Below, piece after piece: positions 55,415 through 64,000 of a stretch of 64,000 bases of DNA. Source of the stretch: Bradyrhizobiaceae bacterium Ga0074131. Lineage in GTDB: Bacteria; Pseudomonadota; Alphaproteobacteria; Rhizobiales; Xanthobacteraceae. Each line of letters begins with the position of its first letter. Within the stretch, counting starts at the first letter, position 1. Made by a program: the position numbers and the translations under genes. Location: NCBI GenBank assembly GCA_001464035.1, contig LNEC01000023.1, positions 16,935 through 80,934 on the forward strand, written 5' to 3'. The notes beneath the pieces are model-generated. The model did not search any database, was not told the origin of the DNA, and was given only the letters and a program-made list of their open reading frames with translations.

Positions 55415-55430
55415 CTACGTAATAACGTAG
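55415..55430. promoter_or_regulatory. palindrome upstream of the PhaC-like gene
   Basis: CTACGT-aata-ACGTAG, 22 nt upstream of ATG 55393. Confidence 0.35.
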
Positions 55431-55689
55431 CACTTTTCGCTGGGCTGTTGCGTGGGAAAATGACGCAATCGGGATCAGCTGCCAGCCGATGTTCCGCCGC
55501 CGTAACGCGTCCTTGCGGGGACGTCCAGACTTGGCGCCCAGAGCGGACGTTCGTCACGCTTCCCTGTCCCGAAAAGCGCACAGACGAAGACGACCTAGAA
55601 AACGTGTCGACCATTCTGCGGATGGAAAACGCAAAAAAATCACCGGTTGTGGGGACTCGCTCTACGGCGCCGGGGCTGCGGCAAAACAA

Positions 55690-56260
55690 CCCGACGGGCA
55701 AAATTTCGCTTAACCCGTCGGGCAAATCACGCCTACAAGTTCGCCCGTCTCACCCGGCAAGAGGGGCGTATCGCGATCGTCACGAACGCGGGATGGGATG
55801 CGGTGGACGCGGCAGCGTGGGGCGTGAGATGCGATGGCGGGGCGGATTTCCGTGAGCGATCGGCGGCACGCAGACGACCGATGTTGTTGCGTACGGCAAA
55901 ACCGTGTGGTCCCGACACCCGTTGCTGGTGCCAAGCTGTCGGTGGCGAAATCGATCCGACCGGGTCGATCAGCCGTCAAGCCGGCAGCGACGGTGGCAAG
56001 ACGAATTCGTCGCCGGGGAGAGCGCGGCATAAGCCGTAAGACCATTGCGCAGGGAATGCCGGATTGCCTCCGCTGAACCTGTATGCTCGTGTGCGCCTTC
56101 TTCGCACAACCTTGCACACGAGACCGCGGGTGCAGCGTGCATCCGGCATTCCCTGCTCCCTCGTGTTTGAGGGACAACGATCCGCAAACCTCGGGCAAAA
56201 CTGCGCCGCGAGAACGCGGACGCGCATCTGCTGTTTGAGATGAAGCAAAGCTCCCGCAGC
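55690..56260. repeat. composite non-coding repeat element with long nested hairpin
   Basis: 16-bp arms gcagggaatgccggat (56049-56064) / atccggcattccctgc (56141-56156), enclosing 9-bp arms ctcgtgtgc (56086-56094) / gcacacgag (56114-56122). By memory the flanking sequence resembles a multi-copy Bradyrhizobiaceae element. Confidence 0.6.
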
Positions 56261-56373
56261 GTCATTGCGAGGAGCGATTGCGACGAAGCAATCCAGCTTA
56301 CCAACCGGCAACACCGTGAAACGGATTGCTTCGCTTCGCTCGCAATGATGTTGATGGACCGGATTGCTTCGCC
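56261..56373. repeat. intergenic hairpin repeat, family 1 (second copy)
   Basis: gtcattgcgagg...gaagcaatcc (56285-56294) / ggattgcttc (56323-56332) ...cgctcgcaatgatg, plus an extra ggattgcttcgcc at 56361-56373. Confidence 0.8.
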
Positions 56374-56399
56374 GACCCTGTCACTCGAAAATGGGCGCC

Positions 56400-56798
56400 T
56401 CACCCCGGCAACCAGCCCCGGATCGCCGGCAGGAAGAAGATCACGATGTTGATCGCAAAGCCGATGCTCCACAGGATCGAGCGCAGCGTCGGGCGATTGC
56501 CGAGATAGGTGAAGACGTAGGCAATCCGCACGATCAGGAACAGCACCGCCAGCTCGTTGATGAGATGCTGCGGCGCGCCCCGAAACTCGGCCAGCAGCAC
56601 CGCGACGGCGAAGAACGGAAAGGCCTCGATGCCGTTTTGATGGGCGCCCAGCGCGCGCGAGGCGATCGGGTCGTCATAGAAGCCGGGGTCGCGCGGTTTG
56701 GCATTGTCGAAACGGCGAAACCCGATCCACTTGATAGGTACGATCGTCAGCAGATAGAGCATCAGCGTTCCGAAAACGCACCATTCGGCGACCGTCAT
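56400..56798 (-). CDS. MAPEG-family membrane protein
   Basis: Met13 of ORF 56400..56834. ASRALGAHQNGIEAFPFFAVAVLLA and RIAYVFTYL. Confidence 0.7.
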   Translation of the reverse strand: MTVAEWCVFGTLMLYLLTIVPIKWIGFRRFDNAKPRDPGFYDDPIASRALGAHQNGIEAFPFFAVAVLLAEFRGAPQHLINELAVLFLIVRIAYVFTYLGNRPTLRSILWSIGFAINIVIFFLPAIRGWLPG

Positions 56799-56937
56799 GG
56801 TTCCCCCGCCGCGCGGCCGGACGATGCCTTGCATCGCCGGGTCCGGACGATGCCTCGCACCCCCGGGCCAGACGTGACAGTAGCGAAAGCGCCCTTATCT
56901 TGACAAGGATACCCCGACGCGCGAAGCCACGGGCATT

Positions 56938-57987
56938 ATGACAACAGTCGTATCCATCGAAACCGCCAAGCCTGAAGCCGAGCCTGCCGCCGGGACCAGC
57001 CCGGGACGCGTCGGCGTCCTCCTCGTCAATCTCGGCACCCCCGACAGCGCGGATGCGCAGGGCGTGCGGGTCTATCTCAGGGAATTCCTCAGCGATGTCA
57101 GGGTTATCGAAAATCAGGGGCTGCTCTGGAAGCTCATTCTGAACGGCATCATCCTGCGGGTGCGCCCCGGCCGCAAGGCGCGCGATTACGAGAAAATTTG
57201 GAACACCGAAAAAAACGAGTCCCCGCTCAAGACCATCACGCGCGCCCAGTCCGAGAAACTGGCGGCGGCCATCGCCGATCACGACCATGTCGTGGTGGAC
57301 TGGGCGATGCGCTACGGCAACCCGTCGATCGCCTCGCGGATCGCGGCGCTGACGGCACAAGGCTGCGACCGGCTGCTCGTGGTGCCGCTCTATCCGCAAT
57401 ATTCTGCCGCGACCTCCGCCACCGTGTGTGACGAGGTGTTTCGCGTACTCGCCGGCATGCGCGCGCAGCCGACTTTGCGGGTGACGCCGCCCTATTACCT
57501 CGATGCGGAATACATCGAGGCGCTGGCGGTCTCGATATCAGCGCATCTGAAAACCCTGGCCTTTCAGCCGGAGTTGATCCTGGCCTCGTTCCACGGGATG
57601 CCGCGGAAATACATCGACAAGGGCGATCCCTATCAGGCGCAGTGCGTCGCCACCATAGACGCCTTGCGCAAGCGCATGGGCCTCGACGCCTCGAAGTTGA
57701 TGCTGACCTTTCAGTCCCGCTTCGGCTTCGACCCCTGGCTACAGCCCTACACCGACAAGACCATCGAGCAACTGGCCAAGGACGGCGTGCGCCGCATTGT
57801 CGTGGTGACCCCCGGCTTTTCGGCCGATTGCCTCGAAACCCTGGAAGAGATCGCGCAGGAAAACGCCGAGATCTTCAAGCACAATGGCGGCGAGCAGTTC
57901 GCGGCAATTCCCTGCCTGAACGACAGCGATCCCGGTATGGACGTGATCCGCCAGCTGGTGCTGCGCGAGTTGCAAGGCTGGATATGA
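56938..57987 (+). CDS. hemH: ferrochelatase
   Basis: 349 aa. VGVLLVNLGTPD, VPLYPQYSAATS and SFHGMP. Confidence 0.95.
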   Translation: MTTVVSIETAKPEAEPAAGTSPGRVGVLLVNLGTPDSADAQGVRVYLREFLSDVRVIENQGLLWKLILNGIILRVRPGRKARDYEKIWNTEKNESPLKTITRAQSEKLAAAIADHDHVVVDWAMRYGNPSIASRIAALTAQGCDRLLVVPLYPQYSAATSATVCDEVFRVLAGMRAQPTLRVTPPYYLDAEYIEALAVSISAHLKTLAFQPELILASFHGMPRKYIDKGDPYQAQCVATIDALRKRMGLDASKLMLTFQSRFGFDPWLQPYTDKTIEQLAKDGVRRIVVVTPGFSADCLETLEEIAQENAEIFKHNGGEQFAAIPCLNDSDPGMDVIRQLVLRELQGWI

Positions 57988-58202
57988 AGGCTTGATATGA
58001 AGGCTGGATTTTGACGATTAGGCGATGCGGGCCGTTTCGTCAGCGAAACGAGGCCCCTGGCCGGCGTTTCGGGGCATGACTTTGGGCGGTCGCCAAACCC
58101 CTCCTGGCGCCGATTTAGAGGCTATAATGAACCGGCGCGGCCGGTTTCCAGACCAAACAGGAATGCGCCTGCGCGTATCGGTTTTGCGGCTTTGGAGGAT
58201 TC

Positions 58203-59198
58203 ATGAGCGGCTTCGACATCTTCGCCATCGCGTTCGTGCTGCTGGTGATCTTGACGCTGTTTGCTGGCGTCAAGACCGTGCCGCAGGGTTTTGACTGGAC
58301 CATCGAGCGGTTCGGCAAATACACCCGCACGCTGTCGCCGGGCCTCAACATCATCGTCCCCTATTTCGATCGCGTCGGCCGCAAGATGAACATGATGGAG
58401 CAGGTGATCAACATTCCCGAGCAGGAGGTGATCACCAAGGACAATGCCACGGTAACGGTGGACGGCGTCGCCTTCTATCAGGTGTTCGACGCCGCCAAGG
58501 CGAGCTACGAGGTCTCCGACCTCAATCAGGCGATCGTCGTCCTGACCATGACCAACATCCGCTCGGTGATGGGCGCGATGGACCTCGACCAGGTGCTGTC
58601 GCACCGCGACGAGATCAACGAGCGCCTGCTCCGCGTGGTCGATGCCGCGGTCTCGCCATGGGGATTGAAGGTCAACCGCATCGAGATCAAGGACATCGTG
58701 CCGCCCGCCGACCTGGTCGAGGCGATGGGACGCCAGATGAAGGCCGAGCGCGTCAAGCGGGCCGACATCCTGCAGGCCGAGGGCCAGCGGCAGTCGGAAA
58801 TCCTTCGCGCCGAGGGTGCGAAACAGGGCCAGATTCTGCAGGCTGAAGGCCGCCGCGAAGCCGCTTTCCGCGACGCCGAGGCGCGCGAGCGTTCCGCCGA
58901 AGCCGAAGCCAAGGCAACTCAAATGGTCTCCGAGGCGATTGCCAAAGGTGATGTCGCCGCGCTGAACTATTTCATCGCCGACAAATACATCAAGGCGTTC
59001 GGGCAGCTCGCGGATTCGCCGAACCAGAAGATCATCATGCTGCCGATCGAGGCGATGAGTATCCTGGGATCGCTGGCCGGCATCGGCGAGATCGCCAAGG
59101 CGACCTTCGGCGAAGGCGCGGTTGCCGCCCAGGCCGCGCGGCGCGCGTCGGTGCCGGGCGCTGGCCCGACCCCGCCGCCGGTGATGCCGCAACGGTAA
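58203..59198 (+). CDS. SPFH/band-7 (stomatin-like) protein
   Basis: 331 aa. N-terminal TM segment, then an SPFH domain and a coiled Ala/Glu/Arg-rich region. Confidence 0.9.
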   Translation: MSGFDIFAIAFVLLVILTLFAGVKTVPQGFDWTIERFGKYTRTLSPGLNIIVPYFDRVGRKMNMMEQVINIPEQEVITKDNATVTVDGVAFYQVFDAAKASYEVSDLNQAIVVLTMTNIRSVMGAMDLDQVLSHRDEINERLLRVVDAAVSPWGLKVNRIEIKDIVPPADLVEAMGRQMKAERVKRADILQAEGQRQSEILRAEGAKQGQILQAEGRREAAFRDAEARERSAEAEAKATQMVSEAIAKGDVAALNYFIADKYIKAFGQLADSPNQKIIMLPIEAMSILGSLAGIGEIAKATFGEGAVAAQAARRASVPGAGPTPPPVMPQR

Positions 59199-59272
59199 AG
59201 TTGGTCCGGTGAAGTGCGCATTGCCGGTGTGGTGTGTAGATCGCATGAACAGATGGCTGAGAGGCTCGCGCG

Positions 59273-59719
59273 ATGACCGAGATATTTTACACGCTTGGCA
59301 ACTGGAACTGGCTGATCTTCGGCTTCGTCCTGATGGCGCTGGAGTTGCTGGCGCCGGGTGTCTTCATGTTCTGGCTGGGCCTCGCGGCGCTGCTGGTCGG
59401 GCTGCTGTCGTTCGCGCTCAGTCCGTCCTGGCAGACGCAATTCCTGATGTTCGCGGTCTTCGCCGTCGCGGCGGTGCCGCTGTGGCGGCGCGTCGCCCGC
59501 AGCAACAGCGGCGTCAGCCGGAGCAACCCGTTTCTCAACAAGCGCACCGACGCGCTGGTCGGCCGGGTGTTCACGCTGGAAAAGCCGATCATCGACGGCT
59601 CGGGCACGGTCAAGATCGACGATACGATCTGGCGCGTCGCCGGTCCCGATACGCCCGCCGGCAGCCGGGTCAGGATCGTGCAGGCCGATGGCGCCAGTCT
59701 CACCGTGGCGGCGGCCTAA
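59273..59719 (+). CDS. NfeD-family membrane protein
   Basis: 148 aa. TM helices plus a C-terminal OB-like GSGTVKIDDTIWRVAG. Follows the SPFH gene, as is typical. Confidence 0.85.
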   Translation: MTEIFYTLGNWNWLIFGFVLMALELLAPGVFMFWLGLAALLVGLLSFALSPSWQTQFLMFAVFAVAAVPLWRRVARSNSGVSRSNPFLNKRTDALVGRVFTLEKPIIDGSGTVKIDDTIWRVAGPDTPAGSRVRIVQADGASLTVAAA

Positions 59720-60064
59720 TCAATGCGATTGCAGTTTGCTCCACCGCTCGGCGAAGCGATGCAGGGGCAGAAAGTGTTCAAACAGATCCTTTCCCAGTCC
59801 GCTGAGGCGGTAGCCGTCGCCGGCAACAAGCTCGACAAGGCCCGCCTCCCGCAGTTCGGACAGCCGGGTCTGCAGGATGGTCGGCGAAGCCTCGTCGCAG
59901 GCGGTGCGCATCGCACGCGACGTCAGCGACCGGTCGTCGCGCAGCTCCCAGATGATCCGCAGAGTCCAGCGCCGGCCTAGGAGGTCGAGCAGCGCCATGA
60001 TCGGCCGGCCCGACGTCGAGCCGCGGACACCGCGTTTTTTCATGGCTGGGCTCTTTTTCAGCAT
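59720..60064 (-). CDS. HxlR-family transcriptional regulator
   Basis: 114 aa. LDLLGRRWTLRIIWEL and LSELREAGLV. Confidence 0.85.
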   Translation of the reverse strand: MLKKSPAMKKRGVRGSTSGRPIMALLDLLGRRWTLRIIWELRDDRSLTSRAMRTACDEASPTILQTRLSELREAGLVELVAGDGYRLSGLGKDLFEHFLPLHRFAERWSKLQSH

Positions 60065-60084
60065 CGGCGGGTCCCTTGCGGATC

Positions 60085-60122
60085 GCTACATATATTGTAG
60101 CGTGGCGCTACGCTTACTGTAG
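60085..60122. promoter_or_regulatory. two adjacent palindromes in the HxlR/CMD divergent promoter region
   Basis: GCTACA-tatat-TGTAGC (60085-60101) and GCTAC-gcttact-GTAGC (60106-60122). Confidence 0.55.
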
Positions 60123-60137
60123 CAACCGGAGTTGCCG

Positions 60138-60680
60138 ATGTCACGCCTTGCCCCGCTGCAGCCGCCTTATCCGCCGGAGACCCAACAGCAATTCGAACGC
60201 ATCATGCGCGGCGCGCCGCCGCTGTTGCTGTTTCGCACCATCGCCGTCAGCCCGCGCGCCTGGGAGAAATTCAGCGCCGGCGGCTTGCTCGACCGCGGAC
60301 CGCTGACCTTGCGCGAGCGCGAAATCGTTATCGACCGCACCTGCGCGCGCACCGGGTGCGAATACGAATGGGGCGTCCATGTCTCGGCCTTCGCCGCCGC
60401 TGCCCGCCTCACCGACGCGCAGGTCCGAGCCACCGTGCTGGGCGAGGCCAACGATCCCTGCTGGTCCGAAGCCGAGCAGGCGCTGATATCGGCGGTCGAT
60501 GCGCTGCATCTGCGCGCCACCCTCGATGACACGGAATTCGCCGCGCTCTCGGTGCATTACGACGAGGCGAAGATTCTCGAAATCATGCTGCTGTGCGGCT
60601 TCTATCGCACGGTGTCGTATCTGGCGAACGGGCTGGCGCTGCCGCTGGAGGCGAAGGCGGCGCGGTTTCCGGCGAGCTAG
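60138..60680 (+). CDS. carboxymuconolactone decarboxylase (AhpD-like) family protein
   Basis: ATG 60138, 6 nt after ccggag, within ORF 60132..60680. REREIVIDRTCARTGCEYEWGVH. Confidence 0.8.
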   Translation: MSRLAPLQPPYPPETQQQFERIMRGAPPLLLFRTIAVSPRAWEKFSAGGLLDRGPLTLREREIVIDRTCARTGCEYEWGVHVSAFAAAARLTDAQVRATVLGEANDPCWSEAEQALISAVDALHLRATLDDTEFAALSVHYDEAKILEIMLLCGFYRTVSYLANGLALPLEAKAARFPAS

Positions 60681-60685
60681 CGCGC

Positions 60686-61705
60686 CTACGCCACGCCCGC
60701 GCGCAGCACGTCGTGGACATGCACGATGCCGACCGGCTTCCTGCCCTCGGCCACGATCAGCACGGTCACCGCCGGCTTCGACGAATTGATCGTCTCCAGC
60801 ATTTCGGTGGCGAGCATACCGGGCGGAATGGTGCGCGGATTCCGGGTCATGACCTCGTCGACATCAGCCGTCATGAGGTCAGGGCGCATATGGCGGCGCA
60901 AATCGCCGTCGGTAATGATGCCGGCGATCTCGCCGCCGGCGTCGACGATGCAGACGCAACCGAAACCCTTGGTCGACATCTCCACCAGCGCGTCCGACAT
61001 CTTGGCGCCGAGCGGCTTTACCGGGATCGCCTCGCCGGTATGCATGATGTCGCGGACGAATTTCAGCATCGCTCCCAGTTTGCCGCCGGGATGGAAGCTG
61101 GCGAATTCCAGCGCGGTAAAGCCGCGGCCTTCGAGCAGCGCGATGGCGAGCGCGTCGCCCATCGCGGCCTGCATCAGCGACGAGGTGGTCGGCGCCAGAT
61201 TGTGCGGGCAGGCCTCGCGCGCCTTCGGCAGTTCCAGCACGATGCGCGCGGCCTCGCCGAGCGAGGAGGCGGCGCTGGACGTCACCGCGATCATCGGAAT
61301 CGCAAAGCGGCTGGAATAATTGACGAGGTTCTTCATCTCCGGCTGCTCGCCGGACCACGACAGCGCGATGATGACGTCATCCGGCGTGATCATGCCGAGG
61401 TCGCCGTGGCTGGCCTCCGCCGCGTGCACGAAGAAGGCCGGCGTGCCGGTGGAGGCCAGCGTCGCCGCGATCTTGCGCGCGACGTGGCCCGACTTGCCGA
61501 GCCCGGTGACGATAACGCGGCCTCTGGCGTCGCGGATCAGATCGACGGCGGCGGCGAAGGCCGGCCCGAGCGGGCCCTGCAGCGCCGCCGAGATCGCGGC
61601 GATGCCGCCGGCCTCGGCATCGAGCGTGCGCAGCCCTGACTGGATCGCGGCGCTCGCGTGGTCGGTCCCGGATGATTGTGCCATCAGCGGTTTCGAATTG
61701 GCCAT
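60686..61705 (-). CDS. KpsF/GutQ-family arabinose-5-phosphate isomerase (SIS + tandem CBS)
   Basis: Met35 of ORF 60686..61807. GLGKSGHVARKIAATLASTGTPAFFVH, and C-terminal CBS pairs. Confidence 0.9.
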   Translation of the reverse strand: MANSKPLMAQSSGTDHASAAIQSGLRTLDAEAGGIAAISAALQGPLGPAFAAAVDLIRDARGRVIVTGLGKSGHVARKIAATLASTGTPAFFVHAAEASHGDLGMITPDDVIIALSWSGEQPEMKNLVNYSSRFAIPMIAVTSSAASSLGEAARIVLELPKAREACPHNLAPTTSSLMQAAMGDALAIALLEGRGFTALEFASFHPGGKLGAMLKFVRDIMHTGEAIPVKPLGAKMSDALVEMSTKGFGCVCIVDAGGEIAGIITDGDLRRHMRPDLMTADVDEVMTRNPRTIPPGMLATEMLETINSSKPAVTVLIVAEGRKPVGIVHVHDVLRAGVA

Positions 61706-61908
61706 GCGTGATTCCGAAGGAGAGGGCGTTCGGCCCGGGACCCTCCTTAGCACGGGACAACCCGCGATGCGACGCGGCCCCCGGCTCCGCAACGGCTCAT
61801 TAACCATAATTGTTTTAACTCCATTAACGACGTTTCCGCCGGCGCGTCCGCGAGTGCCCGGAATTGGATTCGCAAGTATATGAGATTGTTGGGGTATTTT
61901 TCATCGTG

Positions 61909-63621
61909 ATGTTGGGTCCAGCAAGGGGCCGCCGCCGGCTCGCATTGGTTTTGCGCGCGCTCTTGCCATGCCTTGCGCTGATCGCCTCCAATGTTGCGCC
62001 AAGCCACGCCCAGACCCTCACTCCCGACCTGTTCCGTCCGGCGCGCGACGGCTTCGTGTCGCCCCAGAATTCGCCGCTACGCCGGACCGCCGAATCCAAC
62101 GACCGCACCAGCGATGCCGCCAGGGCTGCGCAGCTGCGCGATCAGGACGTGCCAGCGAAGTCGCGGATCGGCGCAATCCCGACCTACGGCCTTCCAGCGG
62201 CCAGCGGCGCCTCTTCCTCCGGTTACGATTCGCTCAACCGGACGCGCAAGAAGGCAAACTTCTATCCGGGGCAGGCGAGGCCAAAGCCGCCGCCGGGGCC
62301 CGGCAGCAGGCCGCCGCCGTTGCCGGCCAACGGACGGGTGCGGCTGTCGATCCCGCCATCGGAATCCGCCAGCAAGGCGCCGATCCCGCCGGCGATGGCC
62401 GGCACCGTGGTCGGCCAGCCGCCGCGCAAGCGGCTGAAGATCGACGGCGATCCGTTCGGCGCGGTCGGGGATTACGCCGGCAGCTTTCTGATCAAGTCCG
62501 CGGTCGAGCTGCGCGGCGGCTTCGACACCAATCCGCGCCGCACCTTAGTGCCCCGGGGATCGCCGTTCTATGTGGTGGCGCCGGAATTCCTCGCGGTTTC
62601 CGACTGGCAGCGCCACGCTATCGTGGCCGACTTGCGCGGCTCGTTCACCGGCTACGGCAACACCTTTCCGCCGCCCACCGACGGCACCATTTCCTCGGCG
62701 CCGGTGGTGGCCGACCGGCCGGATTTCACCGGCCATGTCAACGGCCGGCTCGACGTTAGCCGCGACACCCGCCTGACCGCGCAGGCGCGGCTGCGCCTCG
62801 CCACCGATAATCCCGGCAGCCCGAACATCCAGGCCGGCCTGCAGCGCTATCCGGTCTACGCGACGCTCGGCGGCACCTTCGGTGTCGACCACAATTTCAA
62901 TCGCCTGCAGTTGTCGGCAGGCGTCGCCGCCGACCGCACCATCTATCAGGCCTCGACACTCACCGACGGCACCTCGAGCACGAATGACGATCGCAACTAC
63001 AGCCAGTTCGGCGGTCTCGGGCGAGTCAGCTACGACCTGATGCCGGGCCTCAAACCTTTCGGCGAGATCGTCGGCAACGTCCGCTCGCATGACCTGCTGG
63101 CCGATCGCAACGGCTTTCAGCGCAACTCCAGCGGCGGATCCGTCCGCGCCGGCACCAGCTTCGAGTTCTCGCGGATCCTGACCGGCGAACTGGCGATCGG
63201 CTGGGCGGCGCGCACCTATCAGGATCCGCGGCTGCTGCCGTTGCAGGGGTTGCTGACATCGGCTTCGCTGGTGTGGGTCGCGACGCCGCTGACCACGGCG
63301 AAATTCTTCGCCACCACCTCGATCGACGAGACCACGGTGCCGGGCGTCTCCGGTGTGCTGACCAACACCTATACCGTGGAAGTCGATCATGACTTCCGCC
63401 GCTGGCTGACCACGATCGGGAAATTCACCTGGGGCACCCAGGACTACCAGGGCGACGCGCGCTTCGACCGCTTCTATTCGGTCTCCGGCGATCTGATCTA
63501 CAAGCTGAACCGCAGCGTCTGGCTCAAGGGCACCCTGCGCCGCGACTGGCTCGACTCCAGCATCATCGGCGCCAGCACCAATTCGACGGTGGTGTTGCTG
63601 GGGGTGAGGTTGCAGCATTGA
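61909..63621 (+). CDS. outer-membrane beta-barrel protein with Pro-rich N-terminal region
   Basis: Met16 of ORF 61864..63621 gives a signal peptide ending SHAQ. Alternating beta-strand pattern and a C-terminal ...VVLLGVRLQH. Confidence 0.65.
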   Translation: MLGPARGRRRLALVLRALLPCLALIASNVAPSHAQTLTPDLFRPARDGFVSPQNSPLRRTAESNDRTSDAARAAQLRDQDVPAKSRIGAIPTYGLPAASGASSSGYDSLNRTRKKANFYPGQARPKPPPGPGSRPPPLPANGRVRLSIPPSESASKAPIPPAMAGTVVGQPPRKRLKIDGDPFGAVGDYAGSFLIKSAVELRGGFDTNPRRTLVPRGSPFYVVAPEFLAVSDWQRHAIVADLRGSFTGYGNTFPPPTDGTISSAPVVADRPDFTGHVNGRLDVSRDTRLTAQARLRLATDNPGSPNIQAGLQRYPVYATLGGTFGVDHNFNRLQLSAGVAADRTIYQASTLTDGTSSTNDDRNYSQFGGLGRVSYDLMPGLKPFGEIVGNVRSHDLLADRNGFQRNSSGGSVRAGTSFEFSRILTGELAIGWAARTYQDPRLLPLQGLLTSASLVWVATPLTTAKFFATTSIDETTVPGVSGVLTNTYTVEVDHDFRRWLTTIGKFTWGTQDYQGDARFDRFYSVSGDLIYKLNRSVWLKGTLRRDWLDSSIIGASTNSTVVLLGVRLQH

Positions 63622-63686
63622 TGCAACTGCGTTTGCCGTCCGCTCAAGACACCGGCTTTGATCCGGATCAGGTGATATCGTGCGGG

Positions 63687-63723
63687 CTTCCGGCCATGCT
63701 TCCGGCGCCGGCATGGCCGGAAG
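63687..63723 (+). terminator. strong hairpin after the OMP gene
   Basis: 13-bp arms cttccggccatgc / gcatggccggaag. No U-tract. Confidence 0.4.
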
Positions 63724-63799
63724 CGGTCCCGATAACCCCAAACAGGACCCGAACCGCTTCATCCCGCCTCCATTGCGACGCGGCGACGCACCCACCGGT

Positions 63800-63828
63800 C
63801 TTGAACCGACCCAGCGGCAATCTACTTG
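63800..63828 (+). promoter_or_regulatory. RpoH-type promoter candidate for htpX
   Basis: CTTG (63800-63803)-N18-CTACTT (63822-63827). Same geometry as the htpG candidate, about 53 nt upstream of the ATG. Confidence 0.35.
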
Positions 63829-63880
63829 ATTCCCGTATGGTATGCCGTGGGCTCCTGCCGTCGGCATCAGGGAGACGACG

Positions 63881-64000
63881 ATGAACTACTTTCGAACCGC
63901 GATCCTGCTGGCCGGTCTTACCGCCCTGTTCATGGGCGTCGGTTATCTGATTGGCGGCGCCGGCGGCGCGACCATCGCGCTGTTGGTCGCGGCCGCGACC
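63881..64000 (+). CDS. htpX: zinc metalloprotease HtpX, N-terminal part (3' end outside window)
   Basis: atg at 63881 after agggaga. [29 protein letters not shown] is the typical HtpX N-terminus. Confidence 0.8.
   Translation, partial: MNYFRTAILLAGLTALFMGVGYLIGGAGGATIALLVAAAT

Overview
High-GC alphaproteobacterial chromosomal segment. The gene content (homospermidine synthase, Fe-SOD, HtpG, HtpX, ferrochelatase, TRAP and Znu-type transporters) and several families of GC-rich intergenic hairpin repeats look Bradyrhizobiaceae-like; that taxon call is inference. I support about 60 protein genes, one initiator tRNA-Met, and no rRNA, CRISPR array, IS element or prophage. Most of the window is housekeeping or catabolic: two GMC oxidoreductases, aldehyde dehydrogenase, a TRAP system, a hydantoinase-family pair with an aminotransferase, an enolase-superfamily enzyme, SDRs, a MATE pump, Dcp peptidase and SPFH/NfeD. 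I did not find a clear multi-gene defence-type novel system. The findings most worth a second look are: (1) four exact matches to the general-stress EcfG promoter consensus GGAAC-N16-CGTT, each 31-41 nt upstream of a start codon. One drives an operon of membrane micro-proteins that includes 24-aa and 22-aa ORFs below the ORF-track cutoff, and another drives sodB. (2) An inverted pair of promoter/operator segments about 78 nt long brackets a LysR-linked redox module (Moco oxidoreductase, Tat-FccB-like flavoprotein, 1-Cys peroxiredoxin). (3) A zinc operon starts with a Fur-family-type palindrome and a His-rich membrane micro-protein, and ends in a COG0523 GTPase translationally coupled to a WD40 protein. 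(4) A small islet beside tRNA-fMet carries a Fic gene whose translation-initiation region is duplicated around an AT-rich 27-codon uORF. (5) A polyamine operon (odc-GNAT-ridA-hss) has a 668-nt leader where the alphaproteobacterial speF RNA motif is expected. (6) A decayed toxin-antitoxin patch contains MNT, a truncated HepT and a vapC 3' remnant. (7) A 1-kb gene-free stretch is built from nested repeat elements. All coordinates were derived by hand from the ORF track and the numbered sequence. All homology calls are motif recognition from memory, not searches.
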